Numbered from the whole stretch's first letter, positions 22,592-36,391 are shown. The stretch: DNA of 63,839 nucleotides, filler included, from Folioceros fuciformis (GCA_049999805.1; 10 parts of 10 records of this genome joined end to end with filler, not necessarily neighbours in it), one strand, 5' to 3'. Translations and numbers: made by a program. Notes: generated from the letters alone by a model not told the origin.

Positions 22592-24789
22592 CTACCTTCG
22601 CACCCAGCCCTTGTTCTGATGAGGCTTGGGTTTTTGGGTTGGGTGGTGATGCTTAGCCCGATTAGGTCCACCCTTTGGAAGCTCGTGCAGACCCATCACT
22701 TGCACAGTCCGAGACTTCTTGGCTGCAATGGCCAGTCCGTCCCAAGGGTCACAATGAGGACTCATCTCACCAGCCTTCGGCAAGTCATTCCAGAGCGACA
22801 GAAGCCAAACAAAACATCCAATTCCTCTCTGAAGCCAAGGACACGAGAACTGTGCTAGTTGACCTACCGGCTTCGGCCTCCTCGTATCTCTCGTGCAATT
22901 TCCTTTTGGCAGCTTCAAGCCTTGCTTGAACAGACGGTTCAGGAGACCTCGCTCTCTGCAAGCAGAAAGCCAGTGTAAGCACACAGTGCCCACACGGAAA
23001 TCCAACCAGCAAGCCAAAGCGCATCTCCAGCATACTGACAACGACAACCACCACAATGGGAAATGAACTCACCACAGGCTGCACAGGTTTTAGGTTTTCC
23101 ACTCGCGGCCTGGGCACGGGTTTTAGCTCAAGCTTTTGAACCTGTGCCTCACTGCTTCGCTTCATATGTGCTCCATTGGAATCTGACCGCATGGGGGGGT
23201 CGTCATACATACCAACGTACCCATCACCCATCCTGGCCTTGCGGGAGGAAGAATTGCCGCCGAAGTCCTCATCTTCCTCCACGTACCTGGTGCCATTGCG
23301 GCTAGCAACTATTCTCTGAGGGGCATCCAACTTCTGCTGTCGGCGTTCGTCCTCTCTGGGTCGCCTGATGTCAATGGTCAAATTTGCACGTTCTCTATTT
23401 CCCCTGAACTCGGGTTCCGGTTCAGGGCTTGATGATACGGCAATCCGATTCCGTCTCTCGACTTTTTTTATCACTCTTGTGGAGGCCTGCGGAGGCGCAT
23501 CTTCACAGCGGGTCATTGAAGAAGTCTCTGCAGATGGTCGTCGATCAATCTCTTGGCCACTCATATCCCCAGAACCCGCAGCTGAAAGAGATCAGACAAA
23601 TTGGTTTAGTACATTCTTTAGAGGAATTTAAGCTAGAGAGCTTACTGCAAACAATCGACAAGGGGACAAGCCGCGTTCTTACATAATTCATCTTCCGTGA
23701 AATCCAAGAGCTGCACAAACAAAAAAATCCGAATCAGCCCACGATGGAAAGATGAGTACGAATCTCCTCCCATGACGAGAGCCACATGGTACATTCATTC
23801 ACTTACTCCATCCAGGCTTTTCCCGAAGTCAACCTCGATAGAACCTGCAGCTAGCAAGGCACCTGCATCCAGAGGGGGGGATGGTAGTCCATGATCCCCG
23901 GCATTCATCTGAGAGGGACCTGCATGGAACACCGAATGTCACACGTTTATCCACCCTCGAACAGCAGGCGCAGGCCGAAAGAACAGGAGTAAGGGGAGGG
24001 GAGGGGCGGGGGGCACTACCTGCTGACACAATGGACCTCTCGCTCTTGACAAACTCGTCAATTACTTCCTTCCAGCCACTGCATTGACCATCCAAACAGG
24101 GCAAACAGTGAGGAAGCAGACGTACTAAATCAACATCAAGAGCACAAGATAAGCCCGTGGGAAGTTACGTGACAAGCTGGCGAGCCAATGCGCGCACTTG
24201 CTTGCTTCTAGAAAACTTTCTCAAGTCCCTCACTACCTTCCCGATCTCCGTATGCTGCAAAGACAGCCCCAACACATCCATCAGCTCCATGTCGGGCCGC
24301 ACCGGTACCCCAACAGGGCAGGAAACGGAAGCCAGCGGCAACAAGAGTGCAGAGGCCGGATCACGCAGTGCAGTTTTCCACGCAATGACTGCACCCTTCC
24401 CATCCCATCCCAATCAAATCAAATCAAATCCAATCCAATCCAGAACGAGTGTGCGACGAAAGACCTTCAAAATTTCAACCGTGATAGCCACGTCCTCCAT
24501 CCTCCTCAACAGGCTGAGAATGTCGTCATCCGACTGCACAAACACAACAAGCCAGCTGAGCGTCGTCCGAACCGTTACTTTCCAAACCACAAAACCTCAT
24601 CCCAAGCCTGTCCCACCCTACCATGGCGGGATCCTGCAGCTTGGCCTTAATGTTGGCAATATCATCGAGCGCCCGCTTCTCGGCACCCAGCTCCCGGTCC
24701 AGCTCCTCCACGCCCTCATCGAAGTCGTCATACCCGAGAGGCTCGGGACTCCCAGGGTCCTGGTGCTCCGCCTCCCTGACCCGCTCCTG
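22592..24789 (-). CDS. MED26-like / TFIIS N-terminal domain protein (multi-exon, 5' truncated by spacer)
   Basis: TFIIS-N helix bundle: ITVEILK|HTEIGKVVRDLRK...VRALARQLV..WKEVID. Plant MED26-type tail: RLEAAKRKLHERYEEAE..AKKSRTVQVMGLHELPK. Confidence 0.85.
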
Positions 24790-25484
24790 NNNNNNNNNNN
24801 NNNNNNNNNNNNNNNNNNNNNNNNNNNNNNNNNTTAATTAATTAANNNNNNNNNNNNNNNNNNNNNNNNNNNNNNNNNNNNNNNNNNNNCGCCCTGCACC
24901 ACAATTCCAGTCCATTACCTGCCGGGTCGACGGAAATCGCTTCAGCGCCTCCAGCTCGTCGACCTCCTCCATCGTCCTGCCCTCCTCTGCCAGACTACCC
25001 ATTGGCGGAATGCAATGCCACAACAGCAAAAATCAAGAGGGAAGCGCAGCCTCCACACAGCCCTGTGCTACCACAGGGTTCCCTTTTTAAGGAGACGGAA
25101 ATAATTTTAATCACGACAGCATCACCCGCCTATGTTACCCGCGTATGTTCACACCAAAGGACTGTTGTGCAAGGGAAACTAGCTAAAATTCTATTTTGTG
25201 GTTACAACCATCCAATAGGCTACCAGAGGATTTGATCGAGTAGGTGGAAGAAGTGTGCGGATTCCTTACCATTGGGTAGAGTAGGGTAATTAGAGACGTT
25301 AGCCACACGTTTCTCCCGACCCCCCAGTACTTCGACACATCCTAATGCACTCTGGAATTCGCTTCTGGCACAGCCACGTGTGTACTTTGATGCTGCCCTA
25401 ATGCGCACTATCAAATTCACTGCTCGACTCGACTCAATGTGTCGTCGTCAGTACGCTCACCTTAATGCTGCCCTGCCCTGCTCT

Positions 25485-25815
25485 GCTCTTTCAGTACACT
25501 GAAGGAGACGACGAAAGGTTAGGTAGATGCTCCTTGCACTGCTCGCGCCCTAATGTGCTTTCAGTACACTGTCATATGACAAAAGGTTAGGTAGATGCTC
25601 CTTTCTCTTCCCTTCCCTTCCCTTTCCTTCCTGTGCCTTGCTAATGCACTTTCAGTACACTGTCATACGACAAAAAGGTTAGGTACATGTTCCTTGCCCT
25701 TCCTACGGACGAATTCCTTGCAACACGCAATAAGAAGAGAACCTCTTTAGATACTTCACCCCTTCTATCTACTCTACTCCTCACAAAGCACAATAAGAAG
25801 AGAACCTCTTCAATC
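25485..25815. repeat. Local imperfect repeats
   Basis: TTCAGTACACTG...AAAGGTTAGGTA(G/C)ATG(C/T)TCCTT occurs three times (about 25490, 25560, 25650). CAATAAGAAGAGAACCTCTT occurs twice (about 25728, 25791). Confidence 0.8.
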
Positions 25816-27337
25816 TACTTTGCTCTGCTTCTAAATCTTCTGCCTCACTATGCCGCTTTGAAACCACCTACTAAGTTTTGAATACATCCTAAGCACGCAC
25901 ATACCATGTGTGCCTTAGAAACAACTCTACCAAGCTTCCAGAAAGGTTCACAATGGGCCCCTTTGAGAAGCCCTAATTCAGGCATCAAGGATACCCTAAT
26001 ATCCTTTTGATATGTTGCTCTTTGTACACCATACACAGAATGAGAACATTAGATAGGTATTCATTCCAAATACATCTTTCATGTATCATATCTTAATTCA
26101 CTTTCAATAAGTTGTTATATTCATACATAGTAATATTTTGTGACTGTAAAAAAAAAAGTGACCAATTTTAACCTATCTGTCACGCATATTGCTTTATCAT
26201 AGAACGAGAAGATTCCAAGTCATTTTATTGCACATATTCAATGTGTCTCTAGAATACTCTTATCTAATTTCAAATGCAATGCGATGGGAATTTAATATTG
26301 ATGCTCATTTCAAATCTCTTCTTAAATACATATAATGGAACACAAACATTTTATGTACTGCATTATGAGGACTTATTGCATGTGAAGCATGTCATAATCA
26401 TCTTTCAACATACTAAATATATCTAATCCAAGTATTGAATAGATGTTCATAACATCACTTATTTATCACCATGATTTTATAAAGAAAAAAATCTTATGAA
26501 AAACCCATCTACTACAGGACTTTATTATGAAAACAAAATGATGCGCAAAACCCATCTGCTTCAAGACAAGGGCAACAACCTTTAAAAGGGCAAAAAATCA
26601 TGGAAACTAAACTCTTACTGCTACATAAAACAGTTCTAAGACATAAGTTGTACAAATTACTTGAAAATTTTTCTCTTCCTAAAATACTTAAGTATGCATA
26701 TATCATTTAACTCATATAAAAAAAATTGATATGCATGTATACGTATGATACTTATTATATTATGCTCCACATTCTTTTAACTTTTTATTTAATTTTATTA
26801 TATATATATTTTTTAAAAATAATCTGGTATGTAGATGATGATAGAATACTTAATCTAAATGATAGACTTAACTGGTAAAGAGTTTTTGTCCTTGTATTAA
26901 CAGACTCATAGGGAATTTAGACTTAAAAGATGTTTTTAATCTTTTTATATTAATATCCAAAAAGAGCATGTTAACATTGTGTTAAATTTAACTATCATGT
27001 ATCTAAACATCTAGTTTTTTTATATTAATATCAATTTTTTTGAATTTTTTGAATTGTAGTTTATGTCCTTAATGACCATTAGAGGTAGAATTCAAGTTTC
27101 TAAAACCACTTATGTCCTGTTTTGGATCATGTGGTTCCTTCTCATCTATTATCACTTGTTAGTACTTGTTTCCCAATCGTTGTTGACAACCTCATAGGGC
27201 CATGTAGTCTCGCCCTTCCTTGTTATATTACTTCCTANNNNNNNNNNNNNNNNNNNNNNNNNNNNNNNNNNNNNNNNNNNNTTAATTAATTAANNNNNNN
27301 NNNNNNNNNNNNNNNNNNNNNNNNNNNNNNNNNNNNN

Positions 27338-28090
27338 AGGAGAGCGCGGGCGTGCGCGTGTGTGAGAGGGAGGAGGAGCGAGTGGCCGAGTAGGTGGGGG
27401 TAAGAGAGAACAAAGCCGAGGAGACCCCGGAGGCAAGGTGTGTAATGTGTGTGGGGTGCACGAGACGTGGTGTGTATGAGTGGCTGGTCGCGATGAGACT
27501 GGAGAGACTATGAAGAAACTGAATGGAGACCGCCGGGGGCGTATCTAAGGTGGGAGATCACACGGGTGGAAGGCGTCTAACAGATTGTTGCTGTTCATGT
27601 GTGCGTGCGCTTGTTTCTGAGGTGAGTGAGACGGTTTGTGGTGAACCAAGGGAAGCGCCAAAGAGGATGCGCGGGTGGGAGGTAATCAGTCGAGTAGGAA
27701 TGACCCGGTGGAAGAGAAAATCCTAGAGAGCGGGAACTAAGAGAGAGAGAGTGGGACCCACGAGCGGTAGACCTTCAGGCGACCGTCGCTCGAAAGGCGA
27801 CAGAGGTAGCCCGGTGGGCAACCAAGGGTAGTCTAGGGGAAGGTAGCCCCTAGGGCGACCGTTTGGTTGAGGGGTTGTCCGGTGGGAAAGTAAGGGGGCT
27901 TGGTAAGGTCCAAGCACTAGACGTGTGTGCGTGGGTCAGTTGAGCTTTAAGTGCTAATTGACTTTAGAAGCTAAACTGTGTAGTTTAACACAAATCATTC
28001 CCTTGGGATCGAATTCCAGAGCTACAACAACATAGAGGGCTTGTGTGGACCTCGCGGTACCCCCGGGTACCATATTTTAACCCCACAACA
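27338..28090 (-). mobile_element. LTR-like sequence nested in the copia integrase
   Basis: The copia reading frame breaks at YKHLRV (normally followed by FGC) and switches to unrelated sequence starting TGTTGTGGGG on the minus strand. Confidence 0.5.
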
Positions 28091-29854
28091 CTCGTAGATG
28101 CTTGTATGACGGCTTCTTTCCAGACCACATCTCCTCTGGAACCTGCTCATCCACAACTCTATTAGGAGATTTGTTAATAAGATGCACCGCAGTAACCACT
28201 GCTTCTGCCCAAAATCCGTTAGGCAAACCAGAGTTTGAAAACAAACTACGCATCCTCTCTTGGATGGTCCTGTTCATCCGTTCAGCCACACCATTCTGGG
28301 GAGGAGTATACGGGGCAATCAATTTTCTCTTGATTCCCTTGGAATCATAGAATGACTGGAAAGCCTTCGAAACATACTCTCCCCCATTGTCTGTCTTTAG
28401 ACACTTCAGTCGGAGGCAAGACTAATTCTCCACAAGGGTGACGAATTTATGAAACACTGTTAGAACATCATCCTTTTTCCTCAAAGGATAAACCCACACC
28501 TTGCGTAAGAAATCATCTATGAAAGTAACAAAATAGGATGCACCACCTAACGATATAGTAGGCATTGGTCCACAAACGTCACTATGAACCAACTCAAGAG
28601 GTTTACTTTTGTGTTTACCTCTTGCTCCATGTGGTGACTTCGTCTGTTTCCCATACAAACAGTGCTCATACACGGGGAAATCGGAGAAGTCAAAAGCAGG
28701 GACGTAACCAAAATGAGATAAGATCTTCATTCCTTCTTGAGACATATGTCCTAACCGACTATGCCACAAGGAAACACTTGGCTGTTCCGTTACACAAATC
28801 ACATGATCCTTGACAGTGGTTACCTGAAGTGAGTACAAAGTGCCACACTTCGATCCACGAGCCAACACAAGAGAACCTTTGGAGATCTTTCAAGAACGAT
28901 CTCCAAACCAACAATGGTAGCCAGCGTCATCCAACTGCCCTGCGCTAATCATGCTTTTGGTCAACTTCGGAACATGCCTAACATCCTTCAGTACGAATGA
29001 AGATTTGTTGTCGAACTTCAGCTGCACATCACCAGCGCCTGCAATCTCGCATGCGTAGTTATTTCCAAGCCAAACACATCCTTTCCTAGTAGCATCGTAA
29101 GTGCTACACCACTCCCTATGCGGAGTAACATGGAAGATGCTCCAAAATCAATTATCCAATTAGAGAATAAGTGACTCTCCACGGCTGTCAGTTGTGCAAA
29201 ATCGAAGGAAGAAGAGGTAAAAACATCTCCATCATCAACATAGTTCACCTCGTCATGCTTGATACTCGAGCTTGCCTTGTTGTCACTCTACTTCTTCTCC
29301 TTTCCTTTGTCCTTCTTGAACTTCTCGCTGTCCCTTCTGATGTGACCCTTCTTGTGATAATGGTAACACTCAACATTGTTACGACTATGAGATTTACTAC
29401 GAGAAAGACTTCGCTCCTTGTACTTCCCCTTTGAAGTGGACATTCCTCTCACCATGAGGGCATAGGAACCTTTCGAAGGTTCCATGTTCTTCCTGTTCAC
29501 CTTCTCTGTTAACAGGCTACCTTCTATATTTACAATGGTAAGACCACTGGCATGAGCGGAATTACTCAGAGCTGTACGAAAGATGTCCCAGCTCTATGGT
29601 AATGTGACCAACAAAAACATAGCTCTCACGGAATTCTGGGAACGAGATACCTTGAGATGAGAGCTGGCTGAAAATGGTATTGAACTCATTCAGATGATCG
29701 GACATCATCCTCGTCCCTTCCTTCATCTTCAAGTCCACCAATTGTTTCAACCAGTACTCCTGAGAAGCCGCACTTTGCTTCTCATACAGGTCACACAACT
29801 TCTGCCATAGCTCGTAACTTGTGGTCTTGTCTTTCATGTTGAAGTAGACTGACT
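28090..29854 (-). mobile_element. Ty1/copia gag-PR-integrase fragment, same family as 13552-15053, disabled
   Basis: Near-identical nucleotide sequence to the 13.5 kb copy. It extends into the integrase core (YFVTFIDD, TDNGGEY, YTPPQNGVAERMNRT) and has frameshifts and stops. Confidence 0.95.
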
Positions 29855-30017
29855 NNNNNNNNNNNNNNNNNNNNNNNNNNNNNNNNNNNNNNNNNNNNTT
29901 AATTAATTAANNNNNNNNNNNNNNNNNNNNNNNNNNNNNNNNNNNNNNNNNNNNCTTCTAGTTGCTCTTACATAATCATGGACTCCACAAATTGGTTGCC
30001 TTCTCACTTCTCGTGGA

Positions 30018-32200
30018 TTGTCCAGGTATTGGTGTGCCTACGGGCCTGAAGATTATCGATTGACCACAGCAACTGGTGCTCAGGATTTGCCTATGCATTC
30101 TCCACAAACTAAGAGGCGGTCACGATTGAAAGCTAGAGAAAGCATCAAACATGGGTGTCAAGCTAGCTTCACTGTGAAAAGGTTGTTCTTGTGGCCATCT
30201 GTTGCTCAGATTTTGCTTTTTGAGATTAGACATAGCGATATCAAGGGTCAAGTGTGTCACGGCCCTAGTTATGCAGGCATAGTAAGAGATATAAGAGTGC
30301 TACATTTGTCAACCGAGAAGAGAGCTTGGGTGAGGCATTGTCTATATTGCAATGTATCAGTTGATGAGATTTTGCGTCGTCATCAGCAGGCTGTTATAGC
30401 TAAGTGTTGTCCGTCTACTTTATCAAATCATGAAGTTCCCTATGTAAAGGTAAGAGATGACTTCCTTTCACGGGACAATGTTTATAATATAGCCAGGGAG
30501 GTGGAGAAGATACAATGGAGGTATCATGCCGATGATAACCTTAGTGTGGGAATGTGGATGAATTTACATGCAGGGTATGTGTTCCATACATCTAGTGAAG
30601 GAGAATCTTTTTGCCTCGGCTTACAAACTTCTTTCATGTTGGAAACTTGTGTCCGACATGGGCACAATAGTTTGCTTGCAATGGACTCCTCTTTTGGGGT
30701 AAACAGGTACAAGTATCAATTATTTACTGTCATGGTATTTGACCAACACCAGAATGGGATTCCTATTGCCTGGGCTCTCACACAAGAGGCAACTACAAGA
30801 GCATTAGTTCCATGGCTTACGGCATTTCGCACAAGAGTTCTACAAGCAGCTCCACATTGGTTGCCTAGTGCCTTCTTGATTGATGATTGTGCCGCTGAAA
30901 TAGGTGCTTTACGAGAAGTTTGGTCACGTGATGTGCCAGTCTATTTATGTTTGTGGCACGTTCGCCGTGCTTGGCTACGCAATCTGCTGAAGAAGGTGAA
31001 GAAAGTGCACGATAGGCAAGCTATGTGGGCTGAGTTAGGACAAATTATGTATGTTCAAGGGGGCCAGACAAGGGAGGACTCCATTGCTATAGACAGAGAA
31101 CTTCTCCAAGCATTTTACAACAAGTGGAGCCAAGCACAACTGCAATTTGTGGATTACATTCAGCACACTTGGGAAGGCCAGCTAGGTGAGTGTGTTTTGT
31201 AAGCTTTCAGCAAAAAGTGTACAACATGGTGTTTGTGAACAACATCAAATGTGCTCATTTCAAATGATTTGCCTTGTTTCTAGATATGTTTATGAAGGCA
31301 GCTCGCACCATGCCTCATGCTGGACTGGATTGTGCCTCCTCTATTGAAGCTTGGCATAGATTCTTGAAGGAGAGGTTAGCTAACTCAAAAGTTGGCATTC
31401 ATGCTCGTCGAGTTGATTGGTTGCTGCATCAATTATGTTTTGTAGTTGCTCCTCATTTTTGGTACCAAAATCATTGCAAGGAGGGGGGTTACATTGTCAA
31501 TACTAAGCAAGAACAGTTGCACAAACATGCAGTAGCAGGTGCAAATGATATCCTTGATGATATGGTGACCCTTCCTGTGGTGCCTTACGGTGTGGCTAAG
31601 TGTATGCCTGTAGCAAATCCTTGGAAGCCAGCTTATGTGGTCACTGATCCAATGTCTATGTGGGCAACTTGCAGCTGTCCACAAGGACAACAAGGTTTTT
31701 TATGTAAGCACGTTGTGAAAGTTCAACAGATGCTTGGAGTGTTTAGTCATACGTCAGCTCTTAGTCGCAAGTTTGCAGTTAGTAACGGAAAGGAAGGGGA
31801 GGAAGTGGACACAACCTTACGGTTAAATTGGCTTCACTATACACATCACGATGAGACTACCTTCCCAGCTTCATTGGATGAGTATTCTACCCCAAACGTA
31901 CTACCTCCAGTAGAATGTCATAAGCCTAGATATCAAGAATTGAAGGAAAAGAAGCTAGTGAGTGTGGAACAAGGGTGCAAAGACATTTGGGATTGTGTGT
32001 ACATGCACGATGGTATTGTGTTTGTGAAGTAGCTCATAGCCCAAATGCAAGAGATTGGCGGATAGCCGGAATGCAGTCATTACAACCTTTTACACCAATT
32101 GAAGGACCAAGCATTGCAACTAGGTTGAGACCTTTCTTTTCCCCTCCCAAGGGGAAAGCAAGGAAAATCACTTGGAATGTAGGAGGTGGCAAAGAGAGTG
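30018..32200 (+). mobile_element. MULE transposase-domain + SWIM zinc finger gene (intron about 31186-31282)
   Basis: MULE DDE-type core: LLAMDSSFGVNRYKY.LFT.MVFD..QNGIPIAW, FLIDDCAAEI and LCLWHVRRAW. Also SIEAWHRFLK and the SWIM motif CSCPQGQQGFLCKH. Confidence 0.85.
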
Positions 32201-32769
32201 CATAGAGGCCAAAGGTAGATAATTACATGCCTTGTTTTCCAGGACAATGGCAGGGTTGCACGCCCTGGTTTTTCTCTCTGATTGAGTACCTTGGCTTCCA
32301 TGTTTTTGTTGCTTTGTGAATTTAGTTTCCATTCACTATAGTGCCTTGTTGCCTCCATGACCTTTTTACTTGCAGCCTTCATATCCATGGAGCTCAAGCT
32401 CCTGCAGCCTTCCAATCCATGGGCCTTAGATTCCTGCATAACGCGGTTCAGATGCGTGAGGGGAACGAGCGGCAGTGTGCAACAAACAAAATGAAAAACG
32501 GTTATATTTTTATCCTTGCAGGGTGTATCTATCTACAAAAGTGGTTTGTAGAACTGCTATAACTGATTATTAAACTAACCCTAATCAATCTAGGATTACC
32601 TATTCATTATTTCCTTTACTCCCTCTTAGTTGCAGTAATCAATGAATGGCAGCAAATTGATGTAAAAACTCGAACGTTCCAAAAATGGGTTTCAAACACG
32701 GGCTACTGGCGTCAATGGAACTTATCGTTACTTGCCAAACACATTCTCCATTCTTCCTCTTTGTCTCTT

Positions 32770-35699
32770 ACCCAACTTTGGCATTGTAGGTTACTAACGG
32801 TCACATGAATTTTCAGCGCTTGTCAACCTTAGTGCATAACACAGTTTTTCGAGATACCCTGTTTATCTCCTTTGACAATCATGCTTTATGTGACTCCTGC
32901 CAAGTTAGTAAAGCCATATCTCAGCCCTATATACACCTGTCTCGTGCCCCTAGTCTCCTTCACACAGTCCATAGTGACATTTTTGGCCCTATGTCCACAC
33001 TCTCTTTTGGTGGAGCTTCTTATTTCATTACCTTTCTTGACGAGTGGAGTAGATACTGTACTGTTTTCATTTTGCGTCATAAAAGTGAGGCTTTTACCTG
33101 CTTTCGAGATTATATGACAATGGCTCATCGGCAGACAAGATGCAAGCTTAAAATTCTCCGAACTGATAATGGGGGGGAGTACACTAGCCATGTTTTCTCC
33201 GACTTTTGTGTTCAAGAGGGAGTCACTCATCAGCTTACAGTTCCTTATACCCCAGCTCAGAATGCCTTTGCTGAGCGTAAGATCCGCACTCTTCAAGAAG
33301 CAGCTATGTCCAGTTTATCATTTGCAGGCCTTACGAAGGGCTATTGGGTAGAAGCTCTTGTTGCTGCGTGCTATGTGCAGAATAGACTGCCCACTAAGGA
33401 GCTTGGTTTGATCACTCCCTATGAACGTTGGACAGGCAAGAAACCACGTATTACTCACCTTCGAATATTTGGTAGCCTTGCATATGCTTTAGTTCCTTCC
33501 AATTTACGTAGTAAGTTGGATCCTAAGGCTGTAAGGCGAGTGTTTGTTGGCTATCCTGATGAAGTTCACGGCTACAAGCTTTTCGACCCCAACACTCGCC
33601 AAATCTCATATTCTCGCAGTGTTATCTTTCACGAGAATGCTTTACTTCGTCGGCATGAGAACACACTCACTCATGATTCCCCCCCAGTTTCTACTTTGAT
33701 TTTTGGTGTTGATGACCATGCTAATTTTGTTGAGGACACGGATACTGATGTCTGTATTTCTTATTTTGAAGACATTCCTGTTAGCACTTCTTCTTCAGCT
33801 TCAGGGGGGAGCACGCAGTCAAGTACACAGTCATCTTCTTCATCTGGCATTGTACCATCAGACGATTATGATCCAGATGAGTTCCCTCCTCCACTTGCCG
33901 TTGAACCTGTAGAAGATGTCCTTCTAGTATCAGTTTTTGTTAATTCTGTTCCTCCAGCTGATCCAATTGAACCTGTTGAGTCCATTGCTGACATCCCTCT
34001 TGTCCTTCGCCGGTCCACACGTCATAGGCCTCCTCGGCATGAATGGTCAGAACCACCTTACGTCGCAGGTGTAGCTTCTCAAACACATCCTGTTAGTTTT
34101 GATACGACTGAGCTTGCAACGTACCATGAAGCCATCTCTAGCCCTGAGGCTGAGCACTAGAAAAAGGCTATAGCTTCTGGATATGATTCCCTTTTAGCTA
34201 ATCACACCTGGAAGCTAGTCGATCTTCCTAAGGGACGAAAGCCAGTAGCCTGTAAATGGGTTTTCAAGAAGAAGCTTGATACAGATGGGAGTGTGGGACG
34301 TTATAAGGCAAGGTTAGTTGCCAAGGGTTACAGCCAAGTTGCTGGTCTAGATTACAACGAAACTTTTGCCCTAGTTGTTAAGTCCACCTCCATCAGGATA
34401 CTTCTTTCTTTAGCAGCCCATTATGGTCTTCTTGTTCATCAACTTGACGTCAAAACGGCTTTCCTCAATGGGTCACTTGATGAGGAAATATATATGTGCC
34501 AGCCATAAGGCTTTGAGATTGATCATGATAAGGTATGCTTGCTACTAAAGACGTTGTATGGACTGAAGCAGTCCAGCAGAGCATGGAATGAAACATTTCA
34601 TGCCTTGCTCATAGAACTTAGGTTCACATGCCTCGACGCAGATAGCAGTGTTTACATTTTATGGAAAGGAGATGATTTCCTCATTCTGACTGTATATGTG
34701 GACAACAATTTCCTCTTTTGTACTTCTGAGAAGTTGATGGCTAGGATTAAGAGTGTCCTTCTATCCCGTTTTGAGATGTCAGACCTTGGACAACTCAGAT
34801 TCTCACTAGGTGTACAGTTCCATTTTTCGGATGATCGTCATATTATTCAGATTCATCAAGAACACTTTGTTAACCAGTTACTGCAACGTTTCAACATGAT
34901 GGATGCTCGGCCTATTTCAACTCCTATGTCTATAGGCGAGAAGCTTTCCAAGGAGCAATGTCCAACTACACAGGAAGAGAAGGATGCGATGGCATCACGT
35001 CCATACAGGCAAGCTGTGGGTAGTTTAATTTATCTCGCAGCCTGGACCAGAATAGACATTTCACGAGCTGTTAGCAATGTCTCTCAGTTTCTAGAGAATC
35101 CAGGTGAGGCACACTGGATAGCAGTCAAGAGGATTCTTAGATACCTCAAGGGAACTCTGAGGTATGGTCTCTGGTATACTAAGCAGACTACAGGCCTCAA
35201 CCTTACATCCTATTGTGATGCCGACTGGGCAGGAGATCCTGACAGTCGCAGGAGTATAGCAGCATACTGTAACTTGCTTGGAAGCTCAGTTATCTCTTGG
35301 TCTAGTAAAAAACTTACCACAATATGCTTATCATCAACAGAGGTGGAATATGGTGCATTGTCCCAAGCTGCAAGAGAGATTATATGGATACGTTCCTTCC
35401 TTAGAGGCTTGCAGCAATTACCTCCTGGAGCAACAAGGCTTTGGTGTGACAATCAGTCAGCAATAGCCCTGTCCAAGAACCCAGTTTTCCATGCCAGATC
35501 CAAGCATATTGAAATTGCACACCACTTTATTCGGCAAGCTGCCGACACAGGAGAAGTAGAGGTACAATACATACCTACAGGTGAGAATGTGGCAGACTTG
35601 CTTACAAAGGCACTAGCAAAATCTTTACATAGAAAGCACACCCTATCAGCAGGTGTGTCTCCTATTACAGCATCCCTTATGAAAGGGACTGCACATTGA
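32770..35699 (+). pseudogene. Copia pol (pre-integrase, integrase, RT, RNase H) with premature stops; no gag or protease
   Basis: Motifs: LWHCRL..GH, VHSDIFGP, LRTDNGGEY, YKARLVAKGY, QLDVKTAFLNG, LYGLKQ, YVDN, YCDADWAG, LSSTEVEY, CDNQSA, RSKHI, ADLLTK. Stops at 34158 and 34506. Confidence 0.95.
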
Positions 35700-36289
35700 G
35701 CAAACAGTCGACATGGCCTCATATTCCACTGTCCAGGTATGCAGAGTCTTCAACTTTGTCCTTCAGAATTCCCAGCAAGACTCATGTATCCTTCAGGTCC
35801 TTCAGAACAGCTGCATAAGACAAGGTTTGGTTAGTGGGGCAATACCAACAGGCATGCATTGATATCTTCCTGAATGAGGTCAAGATTCTCACAGATGTGT
35901 GGAAGGGTAGGGTGGATGAAGCACAACTTACAGCTAGTCGTCCTTCCTTCCTCTTGAGGTAAGTCACTTTCAAGCACTTTTGCCTACTCACAAGCGCAGG
36001 GAGTGCTATCCCCTTTTTGGTCACCTTAGAAGCATGAAAAATGTTGGGCCTTGTCCTTCAGTCTCTGCTGCTCAGCTGTCTACTCCATGTTGATGTTTGT
36101 CCCAGGGTGCTCGCAGCTCATGTATGTACTTCTCAGCTGGAATCCATTTATGTCCACAGTGGATACACTACACCCCTGGAATTGTAGTAAGTCCGTAGTC
36201 CATTGCAAGATAATAGTGCTTACAGGACATTAGCCAGTTGAGGACAAGCGTCAAGCAAAACCAAGTGAGGAGGAGTGAGGCTAGGAGCG

Positions 36290-36391
36290 TCATCAATTTA
36301 AAGGTGGGCGCTCCGTCCTTCCTCTTACGGCCGCTACCATTGAACGGTGTACGCTCACTACCATGTCTGGCGCCCACCTTTAAACTGATGA
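36290..36391. repeat. 22-bp inverted repeat with 58-nt loop
   Basis: TCATCAATTTAAAGGTGGGCGC (36290-36311) pairs with GCGCCCACCTTTAAACTGATGA (36370-36391), with one mismatch. Confidence 0.9.

Noticed and set aside
24890-24972. MEEVDELEALKRF.. as the first exon of the MED26-like gene
   Set aside because: It lies across an artificial spacer, so the linkage cannot be supported.
13552-29854. Two inverted copia copies as a large inverted repeat bracketing the gene cluster
   Set aside because: The copies are on different joined fragments, so their orientation and spacing are arbitrary.
32645-32675. WQQIDVKT resembling the RT motif QLDVKT
   Set aside because: It is isolated, lacks flanking RT similarity and is out of domain order, so it is probably chance.
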